DNA of 64,000 bases from Podarcis cretensis (taxonomy: Eukaryota), in the NCBI GenBank assembly GCA_951804945.1, contig OX638154.1:68324001-68388000 (forward strand). Direction: 5' to 3'. Positions 36,244 to 49,854 of this stretch are shown here, piece after piece. The notes below the pieces were generated by a model. It saw only the letters and a list, made by a program, of their open reading frames with translations, was not told where the DNA came from and searched no databases. How positions within the stretch are numbered: position 1 is the first letter of the stretch; every line of letters starts with the position of its first letter. A program made the position numbers and the translations under genes.

Positions 36244-39200
36244 GCCTAATGGCTGGGCAGGGGCTCTGCAGCTATTGTTCTGAAGAGAATGCATTTAAAT
36301 CTGAAGGCATGTATCAAACCTCTTAGGTTGGTCAGGTTCCATTGTGGTTTGTATAATTGCTTCTGTAAAGGTTGCTAACCTTAAACCAAAGGCAACATTT
36401 TTATTCATTATCCAAGTTGTAATTGTCCTATATGTGTAGCTTTGAGCACCGAAAAAGAAGCAAGCCTGAACACATGTAATTATACTCCTGGCTACATGGA
36501 TCATTTTACCTTGGCATTGCAGCTTGTCACAATAGTATCTCTTCTTTATTATCATGAAGAACAATAAGGTCTTTGAAAGACAGTGAAGTTTTCCCCAGTG
36601 ACGAAGAACTACAAAAGTTATTTCACACCAGACATGGTCCTCAGACTGGCACACTGTTGTACTAGCAGTTTGCAGTACATAGAAATGGGCAACTCTTATT
36701 CTTTTTATTCCTGTGCAAATAAATCCTGTAACTAGGAGTTGCTTGGAGTTTTGCACCTGGTCATCCATTACTTAGTTTATCTTGAAGTATGATGGTGTTT
36801 AACTCTGGCCTTGTTTAAAATAGATGCACTCTATTTAACATGCCTTATGCAAACCAGGGAAAATATGCTAGTGATATGCACTATTGCTTGGGAGTAGGTC
36901 ATTTTATAAAAAACCTGGAAATGGTAGTAGCTTGTTTTCTTCTTGCATCAGTGCAGTAGAGCTTTGTTCAGAGGATCATGGGAGAGCTGGCTGTATGATA
37001 CAAAAAATAAAATAAAATTGTACATAAGCATTTCTATTGCAAACTGTCCTGAGATCTTTGAATGAATGAAGGTATGGGAATTTAATAAATAGAAATTCTT
37101 CTTGAAGCAAGTGCAAAATATACAAATCATTCCATCAGAATGCTGCGTGAGACTTGGACATACAATCTCTGTTTACCATCTTTCTTCTAAAATTTGGAAC
37201 ATGCATGGAAGAATTCTAATTCCTAAGTTGGTTTTTGCAAACTATATGAAGGAAATGTTTAGACTATTTGGCTTTCATCTACTAGGAACTGTGAATTATA
37301 ATGAAGCTGAATTTGTAGCAAATGGTATACAGATGAAATGTAGTATTGTAACATCAATCATACATTTTTTTCTGCATTGTGTCCAATTATACTTTTCAGT
37401 GTCATTGTCAATGATTGCAACATGGGCTCAAGTATTAGTTCTGTGTTTATGGAACTTCTGAATGGTGCTGACAGCTCAATTTCCAGTAAAATTAACACAT
37501 TCCTCCTTTTTAAGCATGGAGGATAACAGCAAGCTACATGGTTTAATTAACATAACTCCTTTTAGCGGCTCAGATTTCAAAAAGATTTCTTCTTAGTGTG
37601 CTTTGCATCCATTGTAAATCCATATATCTATGGTGGCTGTGTGCAGTTTTCTCGCACACTTTATTACTGTATTTTTATTTCTAGGCAAAGTACAAATTAC
37701 TTGATTGCTTCTTGCTGTAGCTCAGAGGGAATTGACTTTGAGGGGATCTCTCCATTTGCTAGCATGTCACTAACGCTTTATAAAGGTGAGAGTGGACATA
37801 TTGTGGAAAACAATCTACCTAGTTACTCAGTTCCATTAGATAATTAAGTAGTATTGTTTCCATTCCTCTACACACCAGTCTGTGCCGTCTCCATTTCTTG
37901 TTGAACTTATGCCTGTTTCCTCTCCCTCTACTGATAATCTGTCTATATTTTATGAGATTTATTTCTGAATTTATATCAGAAAAGGATTGTGCAACCTGCA
38001 TTTCATCCTGTGTCCAGTTCAATCAGCACTTACCATCTGGGTTTTTTTAAGGGCTGAAAGTTATGTACTGCATTGCTAACGTTAACACAAAAAGTATAAA
38101 AGCAAAGCCCCTTTTTGTGTCAGCAGTGAGTGCTAAATTCTACTATACATTGTGGCAACATGTAACTTGAATGTATTTGGAAATAACTGAAAACAAAGGT
38201 GCATTTAAGACTGAGACAGGAAACATTCTACTTCAAGTAATGGATGTAGAATTCTCTTGCTCTAGGAATAGTTATTTCAGTGCTAGTTACTGTAAATTAT
38301 TGAACAGTGAGTTAAACTTGTTGGAGAAGTGAAACAGCTAAAAATAAATCCAGGGCTTTCTTGATGTTATGTCATTCCTTGTGTGGATTTCCCATTGAAT
38401 CAGTTGTTTTTAAGGACTGTGCATTTATCACCGTATTACTATGCAATTTGTTCTACGAGTCTATCCCTTGCTGTTTCACCCTGATGGGACCGTTCTGCAG
38501 ACCAGTATCCTCCTTTGGGAGGCTGCACTAGGGATAGCAGCAAAGGGAGGAAACAGTGTTGAGTCAGCAGAAATTCTTTTTTGAGGCATGTGTGTGCTCC
38601 ACTTCCACAACCTTTTCATAATGCCTGAAAGGAGGGCATAGACGAAACCAGAGCAAGTGGAGTTTGTTTGCTTTCTATTAAGAGAAGTATGAGCCAAGTT
38701 CCCCCAAACCTTTGCTAGAATATGAACACTTAAGCTCTGGAATTTCGGCAACAGCGTTATTATTTTTTAAAACCAAAAACAAACAAACTGAGTTTGATAT
38801 GAAATGAAAAAGAACACTCGGTAAATGTTACAAAATGCTGTAGTATTAAAATGTCTCTTTATATGGAGCATATAACACCAATGGTAGCTCAACTCCACTG
38901 GCTACCTAACTGCTTCCAAATTCGTCAATGTTGACGAACTTGGAAGCAAAGAAGTGAGTACCTTTTACAGACCTGAATGGCATGGGTTTGGTAGCCTTCT
39001 AGAAAAATCTTCTTCCATACATTCCCCCTGCCCGCCCCCCTGTTCCCTGAGGTCTGGGGTAGAGACTCTATTTCCTGCAAAATATTGTTGCATTCCACCT
39101 CAGTCTCTGAGTGGTGCAAAATTCCAGGAACTTACCCAGGGTTCATTGTTCCCTTTGGATTGAGGTACAGTGCTGACTGCGGTATCTTTATGATATGTGG

Positions 39201-42200
39201 TTTGTTTACAAATACATACAATCTGAGCCTACAATGGAGGGGCCCACAGCATTAACACCCCAAGAAGGTGTTTTATTATTTCAGGTTCATTTAGCGCTTT
39301 GTTTTTGTACAAATATTCTTTTACAATATTTCACATTTTTTGTATTGCTGTTGAAACATGTAAGTCACCTTCAGAGATTTCTATTAAGAAAAGTGACCTA
39401 TATAGATTTTAAATAAATAAAATGTTCATGTTACTATTTTACGTTTTTCTCTTGTGCTTTTTTTGCCATGTTTATTTGAAACTTGAGTTACTCCTTTAAG
39501 AGTTCAGGGGGGGGGGAAAACATTTTGTTGTTCTGCCATTACTCTCTTGTATCAATCAATCTTCAATATTACAATCACAGATCAGGCGTAAATTACAGTC
39601 AAACAAATGCAGTTAACAGTTTAGAGGCCAGCAAAAGACAGCTAGGAATTAACAGCTCCTCAAGGGACTAAGAAATGGGCGTGCTTTGTTGCACATTCAC
39701 AGTCATTCTTGGAATGGATTGCTGAGTGCTAGTATGGTTGGTAAAAAGATTTAACCACCAATTTCCTAACAATGCATGCTGATGCACAGAATTTTGTCAC
39801 TTTCTCGTATAAAAATGAATTCTTGCTAGAAAAATGCAGAGTGGAATGAATAATCCAAGTTCTAGTTTGGCTGACATTTCTTCCCCAATGGAGGTGGCAT
39901 AAAATTGGTTCATGAAGAGGCGGCAGTCTATTTGTGCTGCCCAGTTGCAGTTCTAAATTGAGTTAGATCATCTCATGTTTCTAAATATCACATTTCTTTT
40001 CTGTTGCCAGTTGTATCTAGTCAAAGGTGTGAAACCAGTTATGAGATTATAGCTGTATGCTGACAAGGTCGAAGTAACAAGAATATTTTTTAAAAAAATG
40101 GCAAATGCCCTTGATTTTTTTTTAAAGAAAAACAACAGGAATGCAGTGATTTTGTTAATGCGAATCACAAGGGCTAGCAATGCTAATATCTGAGGAGCTT
40201 GGAAATTGCTATATGGAGGTACTACAATTATTTCCTGAATGTTTTATCAGGGCTGAACCATATTTTTAGTACCGCTTCAGAGTTTTAATTAGCTGAAAGT
40301 TTTAGTTGATCTGCAGACTGATTGCAAGTTAAAATTTGTTGAGAATGAAAAAGCACTTTCTAGATGCAAGTCACCTAGAAATAATTGGTCTTTTCTCATT
40401 GGCAAACCTAGTAAAAACAAGGGTTATGAGGGCTTTTCTTTTCTGTTTGTATCTAAAGCTAGTGGAAATTTTGTATTTCAGTATGAATTCATAATGGAAT
40501 AATTAAAAAAACCCCACAGGAAACTCAAACTTAAAATGCTTATTTGAATATTGAATTAACCATTTCTTAATTAACATTTATTAATCTTCCACAGTGATTA
40601 TGGATTTGAAATTGTTCATGTTTGAAGGCGCTGCTATATTAATGTGACAGGTATATTAGAGAAACCCAAATTAATGAAATGTAAAATAGCAAATATGACA
40701 TTTCCTTCTAACAACTCATGGTAGCTTTTGTTTATTGAATTGCAACTTTGTGCATTTAAGTGTTCTCTCACCCCGCCCCTAATTATTCTCAAAGTCACCT
40801 ATACTGAACTTTTGGTAATATGCAAATTCATTTTATCTTTAATTGGTTGGGAGACATTCACATAAACAAATGTATCCTGAACTTGGCTCTTGTTATAGGG
40901 TTCATTATTATTGCAACTTGTTATCTCACCTGGGTTGCTGGGTAGACAGTGCCATATCTTTCCAGGCTCTGTAAAAGCAAAATAATTTGAATCGGTTAAG
41001 GCTGCAATACACATTTATTTATAGCTTTTATATGCTACCCAACAACAAAAATCTTTTTTAACCTGGGAGTAAACCCTATTGAACTCAATGGGACTTACGC
41101 CTGAGTAGAAATGAATAATCAGGATGACTACTTGCAATTAAGGAAAAAGAAACCATTAGCTGATCTGAAATTATGGGTATTATGTTCAGATGGTTACTGT
41201 TGAGCCCAGGCTGTACTTGGCTGTGAAACAGCACACAGCATGCATGTAACCAAACTGTAGCAGAGTGTAGGTTGTACAGTGCAGTTGTGCTTTAGCATAC
41301 AGCTGACGTCAGGCTTGTCTGAACATTTGTGTGAGTAAAACCAGTATGTGCAAAACCTTATTCCTATTTAGATGAATTTTAATATTACTGGTTTCTGGCA
41401 TTAGGGAAAAAGGAAGTCTCAAGGAAGACCCAGCATTTATGATTTGCTCCAGGAAGTACAAAGTTCAATGCCGGTGAATTGCCCTAGTTGAAGAATTACT
41501 TCCATGGGCAGTAACAACTTGTTTTTAAGTTGAACAAACTCATGCAATGTAGCATAACTTTTTAGCAACATCTAAAGACATCTCTGTTGTGTTCCTTTTT
41601 TCTTCTTCTACTCAGATCCTCATGTTTATGCCCCTCTTATAGCTCCACGGCTTAGGATACCTAAGGAAACACTTCTTTTGCAAAACTGTAAAAACAATGT
41701 TCCTTCAGTCTTAAATTCTTGAGTTTTTATGTTACTGTTGCACATCACCCCCAATCTCCAAGTGGTACAAGATTCCAGGGAGTTCCAGGCGGCTTACACA
41801 GGGTCTCGTAGAAGCTTGGATAAAGAGGGGATGATAAGTGCTGAAACAGGGTAGGCAAGACACAGTTTTCTTCACTCTTTTCTGCACCTCAGTCTCCATA
41901 ACTTTCACTTTTGAGCACCTTCATGCCAGCTTCTACAAACCGACTCCTCTAACTATAGACTTAAAGACTTAAAAACTTATTAGGCTCCTACCGACCTTCT
42001 CAAGTATTGGTTCCTGTAAGACCCATCTTGCAGTACTTAGGGGAATGTTACTCCCCATGAGATATTTTACGTTTACTTCATATGGCAAATATTTATGTAA
42101 CATAAGTATTGCAGAGATTTCGGGAGATCATTGTGTGTAAAAGCCACAGCTGCATAATTTCAAGGTTCTGCTTCTGTGGAATATGTCCTACAATAATCCA

Positions 42201-42438
42201 TGGGTGACACAGGCTTTCTCCATGGAAAAGCCTCTGGGATCAACCTACACATAGACAAAGGGATCACACGCTTCAGACTACAGGAGCACTTTGAAGAGTG
42301 TAGAAGCTTTCACAGGGTACAGCAGCTTGCACCACCTGCATTCATGGGTCAGTTTTGTTGGCCATCATATGATGCCAGTCATGGGTGTATGCCAGGTATC
42401 TCAGATAAAATGCATTTGTTTCCTCTTTTTTCTTGTAG

Positions 42439-42624
42439 ATTATGTTTTGTACTTTGAACACACACAAAATTGATATGGACAAGCTCTTAGGAGTGCAGAT
42501 TGGTCTCGAAGACTTTATATTTGCTCATGTAAAAGGAGTCAAAAAGGAAGTGGAGGTTTTCAAATCAGAGGAGTCACTTGGGCTTACCATTACTGACAAT
42601 GGAAACGGATGCGCCTTCATAAAG
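42439..42624 (+). CDS. GIPC2: GIPC2 coding exon 2 (186 nt; GH1 end and PDZ start)
   Basis: Acceptor TTCTTGTAG and donor AAG|GTAAGA. Encodes [30 protein letters not shown]...[10 protein letters not shown]. Confidence 0.96.
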
Positions 42625-43564
42625 GTAAGAATAATGCCATGAGTTGTGAGGGATCTGAGCAGAAATGGAGTTGCAAATTGTTACAAATACTTCTTTGTGT
42701 TAGCAAGAATGGTGTAGTGTTGGCACTATGGAAGTAAGTTAGCAAACATCCAAAAGCAATAATTTGAATGGGGGTATTGAAGAATTATACTCAATGGATG
42801 TTCCCACTTGGAGAGAGGTCTTTTTCACTGATTTCTTCTTTCCCCTTCAGCCCTCAGAAAAGCTTATTCAGACACCTCTCCTCTCAAACTTCCACTGGGC
42901 TTCAGTTCCTTTCACAAACCAAAGGAACCCTTCTGTTCATGGAAGGGCAGTTTTGGATGCAACTCGTTGTTAGAATACACGTAACTCAAACAGAGTCAGC
43001 AACATTTTATTGACTATTATACGGTTATTGGTAGTGGTAGGCATGAAGCAGTATGCTGGCTTGTTTAGGGACATGTCATTAGCATACATGTGTACTGGTC
43101 AAGAGATGTGTTTTCCAAACTCTGTGCAAAAGTAGATCTGATAGTAGGAGAGCCATTACAGGCAACAACTGATTGATGCACATTCAACTGGTGCACGCAC
43201 ACATGCACACCGCTGAACCCAGGCGTGACCCCCCAAAGTCACTAAAAGGGTGGAATGGGTGCGAGGTAGAACAGAACATTTACATGGACCCTGCTGACAT
43301 GCACAGATGTCCGGAGCATAACCCCCACGCAAAATGACAATTGCCTGTATTAGATTTTCCAACTAAAATGTAAAAAGCCACAGCGAGGAAAAACTGGGTC
43401 GGGGCAACCCTGACATTAAAAAACAATATAAAAACCACCTGGCCAACTTATAGAGATTTAGCAGAACACATACAGTATATTTTAGTCTGCTATGGGTTGG
43501 TATGCCCTGTGCTTTCCGAATGGAAGTGTCTCATTCATGGAGGAACTGAGGTCCAGCAGTAGAC

Positions 43565-43699
43565 CAGGCATAGGCAAACTCAGCCCTCCAGATGTTTTGG
43601 GACTACAACTCCCATGATCCCTAGCTAACAGGACCAGTGCTTGGGGTGATGGGGATTGTAGTCCCAAAGCATCTGGAGGGCTGAGTTTGCCTATGCCTA
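43565..43699. mobile_element. hAT MITE, 135 bp
   Basis: TIRs CAGGCATAGGCAAACTCAGCCCTCCAGATG. TSD CAGTAGAC / CAGTAGAG. Confidence 0.9.
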
Positions 43700-44600
43700 C
43701 AGTAGAGGCTGCCTCTGAAGAAAGGAGGGGGGCAGTGATTTTTGCCAGTTCTTCCTTCTGCCTGCAGCCTGTTATGCCACCCCCATGCTGTTCCAGAGGG
43801 TCCCACAATCCTCTCTAGCAGCTTTTTTTTGGGGGGGGGGCTGCAGGGGGAAGGTGGAACTGGTGGAAATTATATTTGCCCCCTTTCCACAGCAGAGTGC
43901 CCTTGTTGATGGAGTTTCGCCCATGGGTTTGTCTGGATGCAGCGTTATAAGTGTATTTAATCATCCTAATGATCTAATATCTTACTGAGAGTGATAATCA
44001 CTTTGTTCCCAAAAACTGCTGGGTGACCAGAAATGTATTCTCCCTAAGAATTAAGTCGCACAATATTATAACTCAGCAGTATCATGTACATTTTATGAAC
44101 ATGTACATGGAGTCTGAGTTCTTGATTGCACAACATGCTTGCCTACCTTAAGTATTGATTTTGATAAGTATGAAATGTTATTTGTTGCATGTCTAGCCTG
44201 AGTTGCATTGTCTGCACTGAAGGTACAGTATCTAGCAATCTGCCTGTGCAAGCACTGTTCCATGCTTACCAATTATTTATTTTTGTTAACAAATATTATA
44301 TGAAACTTTATTGTAAAAAAAGGCAAAAAACTAACCTATTTCAAAAGTGGTAGGGTTATAAGCAGCAAATCAATTCAATCGAACAATAAGATTTTAAATT
44401 ATATGGGTATCCTAGTTTGGGTAACTGGGCTCTTTGTATCCTTTTACAGAGCTTCCTTGTTTACTCCCTCTAGCTCAAAAGGTGAGCTTTGTGGTTTGTA
44501 TTTTGTGTATGTCATACTATGCACATCATAGCCCTTTTGGCCCAGGCTGTTTGTTTACTGCATTCATCGCAACTAACAATAATGCCTTTTTATCCAACAG

Positions 44601-44781
44601 AGAATTAAAGCAGGCAGTCTTATTGACCAAATAAAACTGGTATGTGTTGGTGATCACATAGAATCTATAAATGGAAAAAGCGTAGTGGGCTATCGCCATT
44701 ATGAAGTTGCTAAGAATTTAAAGGACTTGGAGAAGGGTCAGACATTTACGCTAAAATTGATAGAGCCTATGAAATCATTTG
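44601..44781 (+). CDS. GIPC2: GIPC2 coding exon 3 (181 nt; PDZ)
   Basis: Acceptor TATCCAACAG and donor G|GTGAGT. Encodes RIKAGSLIDQIKLVCVGDHIESING...RHYEVAK...LIEPMKSF. It is absent from the ORF track. Confidence 0.95.
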
Positions 44782-47528
44782 GTGAGTGACATGTATCCGC
44801 CATAAATTATACCTGTAGTTTCCTTTTGTATTTGATTCCAAATTGGGTAAAACTTGGCCTGTTTGATTAGTCAGAGGAAGCTTAAGCAATTAGAAGGGTG
44901 AGACATAAAACGAATGTTGTCTTATTAAGCTAATTGCAGCCACCCGTCATGTATGATGCTCTGCTTGGGGTTCCATAAAGTTGCTTTTATCTCTGTGTGT
45001 GGGATCGTAACAACAGGGGAAGCCTAAATGCAGGTTGCGGGGGGGGGTGTATTTTTTGGCATTAAGTCTCCCACCAGAATCACCCCCCCCCCCGCCTTAG
45101 TTAGGCATGAAAGAAGCCTTCTGCTGTTTCAGGTCTAATTCAGCAGGGGGACAGACTGAGCATGGGACCCAGACCTCTGTGTTTGTGTTCTGGGTGCTGT
45201 GTAGCAGGCTCAAGCTATGGGGACGTAAGCAAGAAGGCTGGACACTGAACTGCTGGTGAACTGGGATCAGTTGAAATAAATGGCTTTATTACTAGATCTT
45301 GTAGGGAAACAGTCCTTTTAAAATAGTATTTTGATATTCTAATTACTGATTCTATGATTCTTACAGATAACTATTTTAAATTCCGCTTTTACTGTGTTTT
45401 AACTTTTCAAAACCTGCAGTAGATGCTACATTTATTCTTGCTTTAAGATTGTTCCGATGCCTTGATTTTCACCCCATGCCCAATTGCCTTCCCGTACTTC
45501 CTGGTACAGTAGTATGCTGGGTCAGTAAGGAAGTCACAGAGGATAAAGGGCTGTTTGGGTAGAAGCAGCCAGGAAAATGAAATACTTCCACTTGGTGGCA
45601 GCAGCAAAAGACCACAGGAGGGAGCCAAGATAGTAGGTTGGCTCATCTCTTCTTTCCCTCTCACAGTGCAGTCTGTGCCGTCACATTGACAGTAATTATT
45701 GGGTAGGTTAATGCAGAAGAAGCTAGTCCTTCAGATGCCATGGATCCAGACTGTTTAGGACTTTATAGGGCAAAAGCAGCACTTTGTCCTTATGTAGAAA
45801 CCAGCTGCAACTACAATATAGCACAATTGTACTGATAATGGTTCAAACACAAGACTCATTTGTCTGAAAGTGTGATGTCAAACAAAGCATGGTGGACCCT
45901 GTGCTGATCCTGATTTCATTTTAAAAAAATCAATTCAATTAGCTGCTAATCTTCTACGCTGATGTGGCTACCTTCTTCAGATAGATGACCAAACAAATCC
46001 TAGGTTCTCTGAATGATCTGAGGCAGTTTTCAGGAGTGATGCCCAGTGATAATATTTTGTTTCTGCTGGCAAGTCATATTACAGCTTTTGGAAAACAGTG
46101 ATAAGTAATTTCTGAAGCTTGATTTTGTAAAAGAAAAGAGGGGTAGGGAATAGAGAGAGGGCCTGACTTCTTTTTTTTTTTAAAGGGGAAAAGCCTTCCC
46201 TACTTTTTAAAATAACATTTTAAATTTTATTTTTATTTGCTTAAATATGTTAGAAACCTATCTGAGTGGGACAAGGTGGGATAACAATGTAAATATTGTT
46301 TTTAGCCCTATAACACTGTTGTGGAGGACTTTTGGATGGCTGAAACATCATCGTCATTATTAATATGCCTGCCCTTCAAGGCTGATTACAACAATTAAAA
46401 CACAATGTGAAAAACAGTTTAACACAACTTAGAATCATAAAACATAAGGTGGGCCCTCAAAATATGTATTCCAAGTTCCAAAAGGTAGGGCAAAGAGTTG
46501 TAAAGGAGGTAAACATATATTGCAGTTGTTCTTGGCAGGTTTATTCTGTGCCTGCCCTTCAGTCCACAGGTATGTAGTCCATTTGAGTTATGAGGAATTT
46601 CATTCCTAACTTTTAATGGGATGTAGTGTTGCCCTCTCACCTTAGAGAAGGTAATACAGAGCATTTGATTGCAGAGCACTTGCCTACCTCATTTTATTAT
46701 TAGCTGCCCTAGTATAATTCCAGAAAGTTCCCAATTTCAGTGGTATCTCAGGTGATTGTACTTGGGGCTAGTGGAAGGTAAGGAAAGGTATAAAATAATC
46801 AGCAGAGCTGTTGTGCATCCTAGTGGACACTTGGTGTCAGAATGCATACATTTAAAAAGAGGCTTTTAAAAACTGGTAATGCTGGTAATGTCTGCAATAG
46901 CATTGTAAGAACATATTTATTTCACAAAAATTATCTGCTGCTTCATTGTAATAAAACCTCAAAGCGTTTGCAGAAAGAATAAAACAATAAAATTATCTGT
47001 ACAAAACAGTTAAAAACAACGGCTCAAAATAATAATAAAGACAATCAATAATAAACTAAAAGCAAAGTTAAAGCACATGTCAACATTCTATAAGGCTTGC
47101 CAAAACACACGAAATATTTCTGAAAAATAATTTACATAATGTTTTGAAAGTATTTTGCAGATAAACACTCAGTAGCTTAGAGTAAGGCTCTAGGCAGCAC
47201 TAAACTGTTAGTAAAGAAACTTTTTCTAAAAACAACAAGCTGTCATTGCTGGATCTTGTCTATTTACTAAGTTTTTCCAGCTTTTGCTGTATGGATAGTT
47301 AGTGTTCCTGCCAGAGCTCTTAAGAAAGTGTTGTTTGAAACATTGACTTTCCCCAGCAGTTTAACAGCCCTGCAGAATTCAGTTTAGATGTTTGTGTTGA
47401 TTGATTGCCAATCTCCATCACATTGCAGAATGTGACCCTAATTTTGACTTGCCATTTTGTAATCTAAAAAAACAACTATTATTTTTGGATCGCAATCCCA
47501 AATTGCCTAATTAATATGTCTGTTTCAG

Positions 47529-47638
47529 AAATGATTGAACCACGGTCAAAAGGTGGAGGTTTTGCAGAGGGAAAAATCTCCCGAGGGAGAGAGACTCTTC
47601 GACTGAGATCCAAAGGCCCTGCAACAGTGGAAGAAATG
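47529..47638 (+). CDS. GIPC2: GIPC2 coding exon 4 (110 nt)
   Basis: Acceptor TGTTTCAG and donor ATG|GTGAGC. Encodes EMIEPRSKGG...GRETLRLRSKGPATVEEM. Confidence 0.95.
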
Positions 47639-48305
47639 GTGAGCTCCAACATCAAAACTTAAGTAGCCACAGTTGAACAGATTATAACAATAACAAAACA
47701 CTGGGGTTTCTGTTTTCCTTCTTAAATGTTACATAAGGGAAAATCCTAGGAATTTAAATGAGGGTTACTTCCTGCCAAGACCCAATTGTGGCATTCCTTC
47801 ATTATACTAGTACAACAAATGCAGGTTCTCCTCCTTTTCTTCTTTTATTGGAAAGTGCTGTTGATTAAAAAACCACCCTGATTGTGAGGTATTGTTTTTT
47901 GAAAGCAGGTTATATACCTTTCAGCTGTCCCAATTTTTCTGATTTGTGTTAGACTACAGCTGCACAAACTACCAAAAGTCTACCTTAGTTTAATTGAAAC
48001 ATCTTTCTAAGACAATCCTACTCCTGCCCCACCCCAGACAAATTCCCCTCCTTCCTTACTTGCCTCTAATCGGTGGTGCTGGGATGAGCTAGAGAGGTGA
48101 GCACTGAGAACAGGGAAGTTTTTCTTCCTTCTCCCCCACTCTCTGTCACCCGGGTATCTGGGCAACTGCATGTTACAATAATCCAGGGGACCATAGCGGA
48201 TGTAATTCTCCTGCTTCTGCAGAAGAAGGGGGAGGGAAGGGGTCGGAAAACCCCTCCTTTGGTCCGATCCCTGCTTCTCACCTTTGTGTCTTTGTTTTGT
48301 CAAAG

Positions 48306-48387
48306 CCTTCAGATGTTGAAGAAAAAGCTACTAAGAAGGTTGATGATCTTCTTGAAATGTACATGGGAATAAGAGACCTCGAACTAG
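48306..48387 (+). CDS. GIPC2: GIPC2 coding exon 5 (82 nt; GH2)
   Basis: Acceptor TTTTGTCAAAG and donor TAG|GTAAGG. Encodes PSDVEEKATKKVDDLLEMYMGIRDLEL. Confidence 0.93.
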
Positions 48388-49325
48388 GTAAGGGTGTTTA
48401 TGGAACTGAGAGTAAAGTAGTATCCCCTGCACAAGCCTACACAAACATACACGGAACTAAGCCCAGTGAGCTCAGTGGGGCTTAACTTCCGATGCGACAT
48501 GTATGAGATTGCGCTGAAAGATTCATTTCTAGTTCAGCTGGAGAGCTGCCAAATCTGAGTCTGAGCGTCTTCTGTAAGTGTTGTAAAACGTCTCTCCTGC
48601 ATCCTACATTTTGTTTGCAGTTTTCAAAGTGTGAGGAGTTCTAATATGGGTCCAGATTTCCGATTCATTTAAATTTTGCATTGCATTGTTTAACAAGCAG
48701 TTTAACATATTAGCCATATTCAGGCATTTGGAATGCAGCCTAGAGCAGCACTCGGGTAGCAGAGGCTTCACCCTCCCATCCTCGCCAACGTTGTCCTCTG
48801 TGTTTTCCGAAGCTACTCTATGAAGTGGGGAATCCTCCTCAGCATGTGGAGGCTCCGATGCGTTTTGGAACTCCGATTTTCCAGATGTATGCCTCCCCTG
48901 TGTACAGAGGATGGCTTCCCCGATGCAAGCAGTCGCCCTGGAAAATGGGAAGGGCGATAGCAAACAAGACGAGAGGTTGATGCTCGTGCGCCAACTCTGC
49001 TCCTCACACGCTGCTGTAAGCCATATTCAGAATGACCTGGATATAGAGCTATTATGTTCCCAGAGCCACTGCCGTGGTAGGCTAGGAATCCAATTAATTG
49101 ACCACATTAACATATGACTCTCCAGTCTCTCTGGTCACAGCACAGTTTCCAACATAACACCAGAACCATTGTAAACTCTTGAAGATAAGCTGTCCAAAAC
49201 ATATAAATGACTGCTTTCATGCACAGATCCCATTGCAAAAGAGATGCGTGGGGTTGAAACCTGCATGCTGCGTGTGCTGCATTAGATCTCACATATATAT
49301 CTTTAACGGATGATGATGATAATAT

Positions 49326-49347
49326 GTTGTTGTTGTTGTTGTTGTTG

Positions 49348-49378
<31 letters not shown>
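49326..49378. repeat. Compound (TTG)n(TTA)n microsatellite
   Basis: Directly visible, next to a tiny L2-tail remnant. Confidence 0.9.
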
Positions 49379-49379
<1 letters not shown>

Positions 49380-49593
49380 TCACCCATCTGACTGGTGGCT
49401 GGCGTGGTTAACTTTTGAAAACACAAATCTCCTATTTGGGACTTGATCACACTGAACACAATTATATATATGCCTGCTCAGAAGTAAATCCTGCTGAGCT
49501 CAATTGGGCGTTCTCTGAGGTAAATGGGTAGAGGATTGCAGACTGAATGTGTATTCCATCTCTCCCAAACAATGAATTGGTGCTGCTGGAGCT

Positions 49594-49854
49594 TAAAGGT
49601 AAAGGTAAAGGACGACTCTGGGGTTGCGGCTCTCATCTTGCTTTACTGGCCGAGGGAGCTGATGTTTGTCTGCAGACAGTTTTTCCGGGTCATATGGGCA
49701 GCATGACTAAGCTGCTTCTGGCGAAGCCAGAGCAACACACAGAAATGCCGCTGGGACCGAGCAACGGGAGCTAACCCCGTCGTGGGGATTCGAACCGCCG
49801 ACCTTCTGATTGGCAAGCCCTAGGCTCAGCGGTTTAGACCACAGCGCCACCTGC
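49594..49854 (-). mobile_element. Sauria SINE with internal deletions
   Basis: (TAAAGG)n tail and a GGATTCGAACC B-box complement. It aligns to the 31992 copy with two deletions. Confidence 0.88.

Noticed and set aside
46717-46731. Perfect 3-unit heat shock element TTCcaGAAagTTC in GIPC2 intron 3
   Set aside because: A match with nine fixed bases is expected roughly once by chance in 64 kb. It also seems to lie in a SINE remnant far from DNAJB4.
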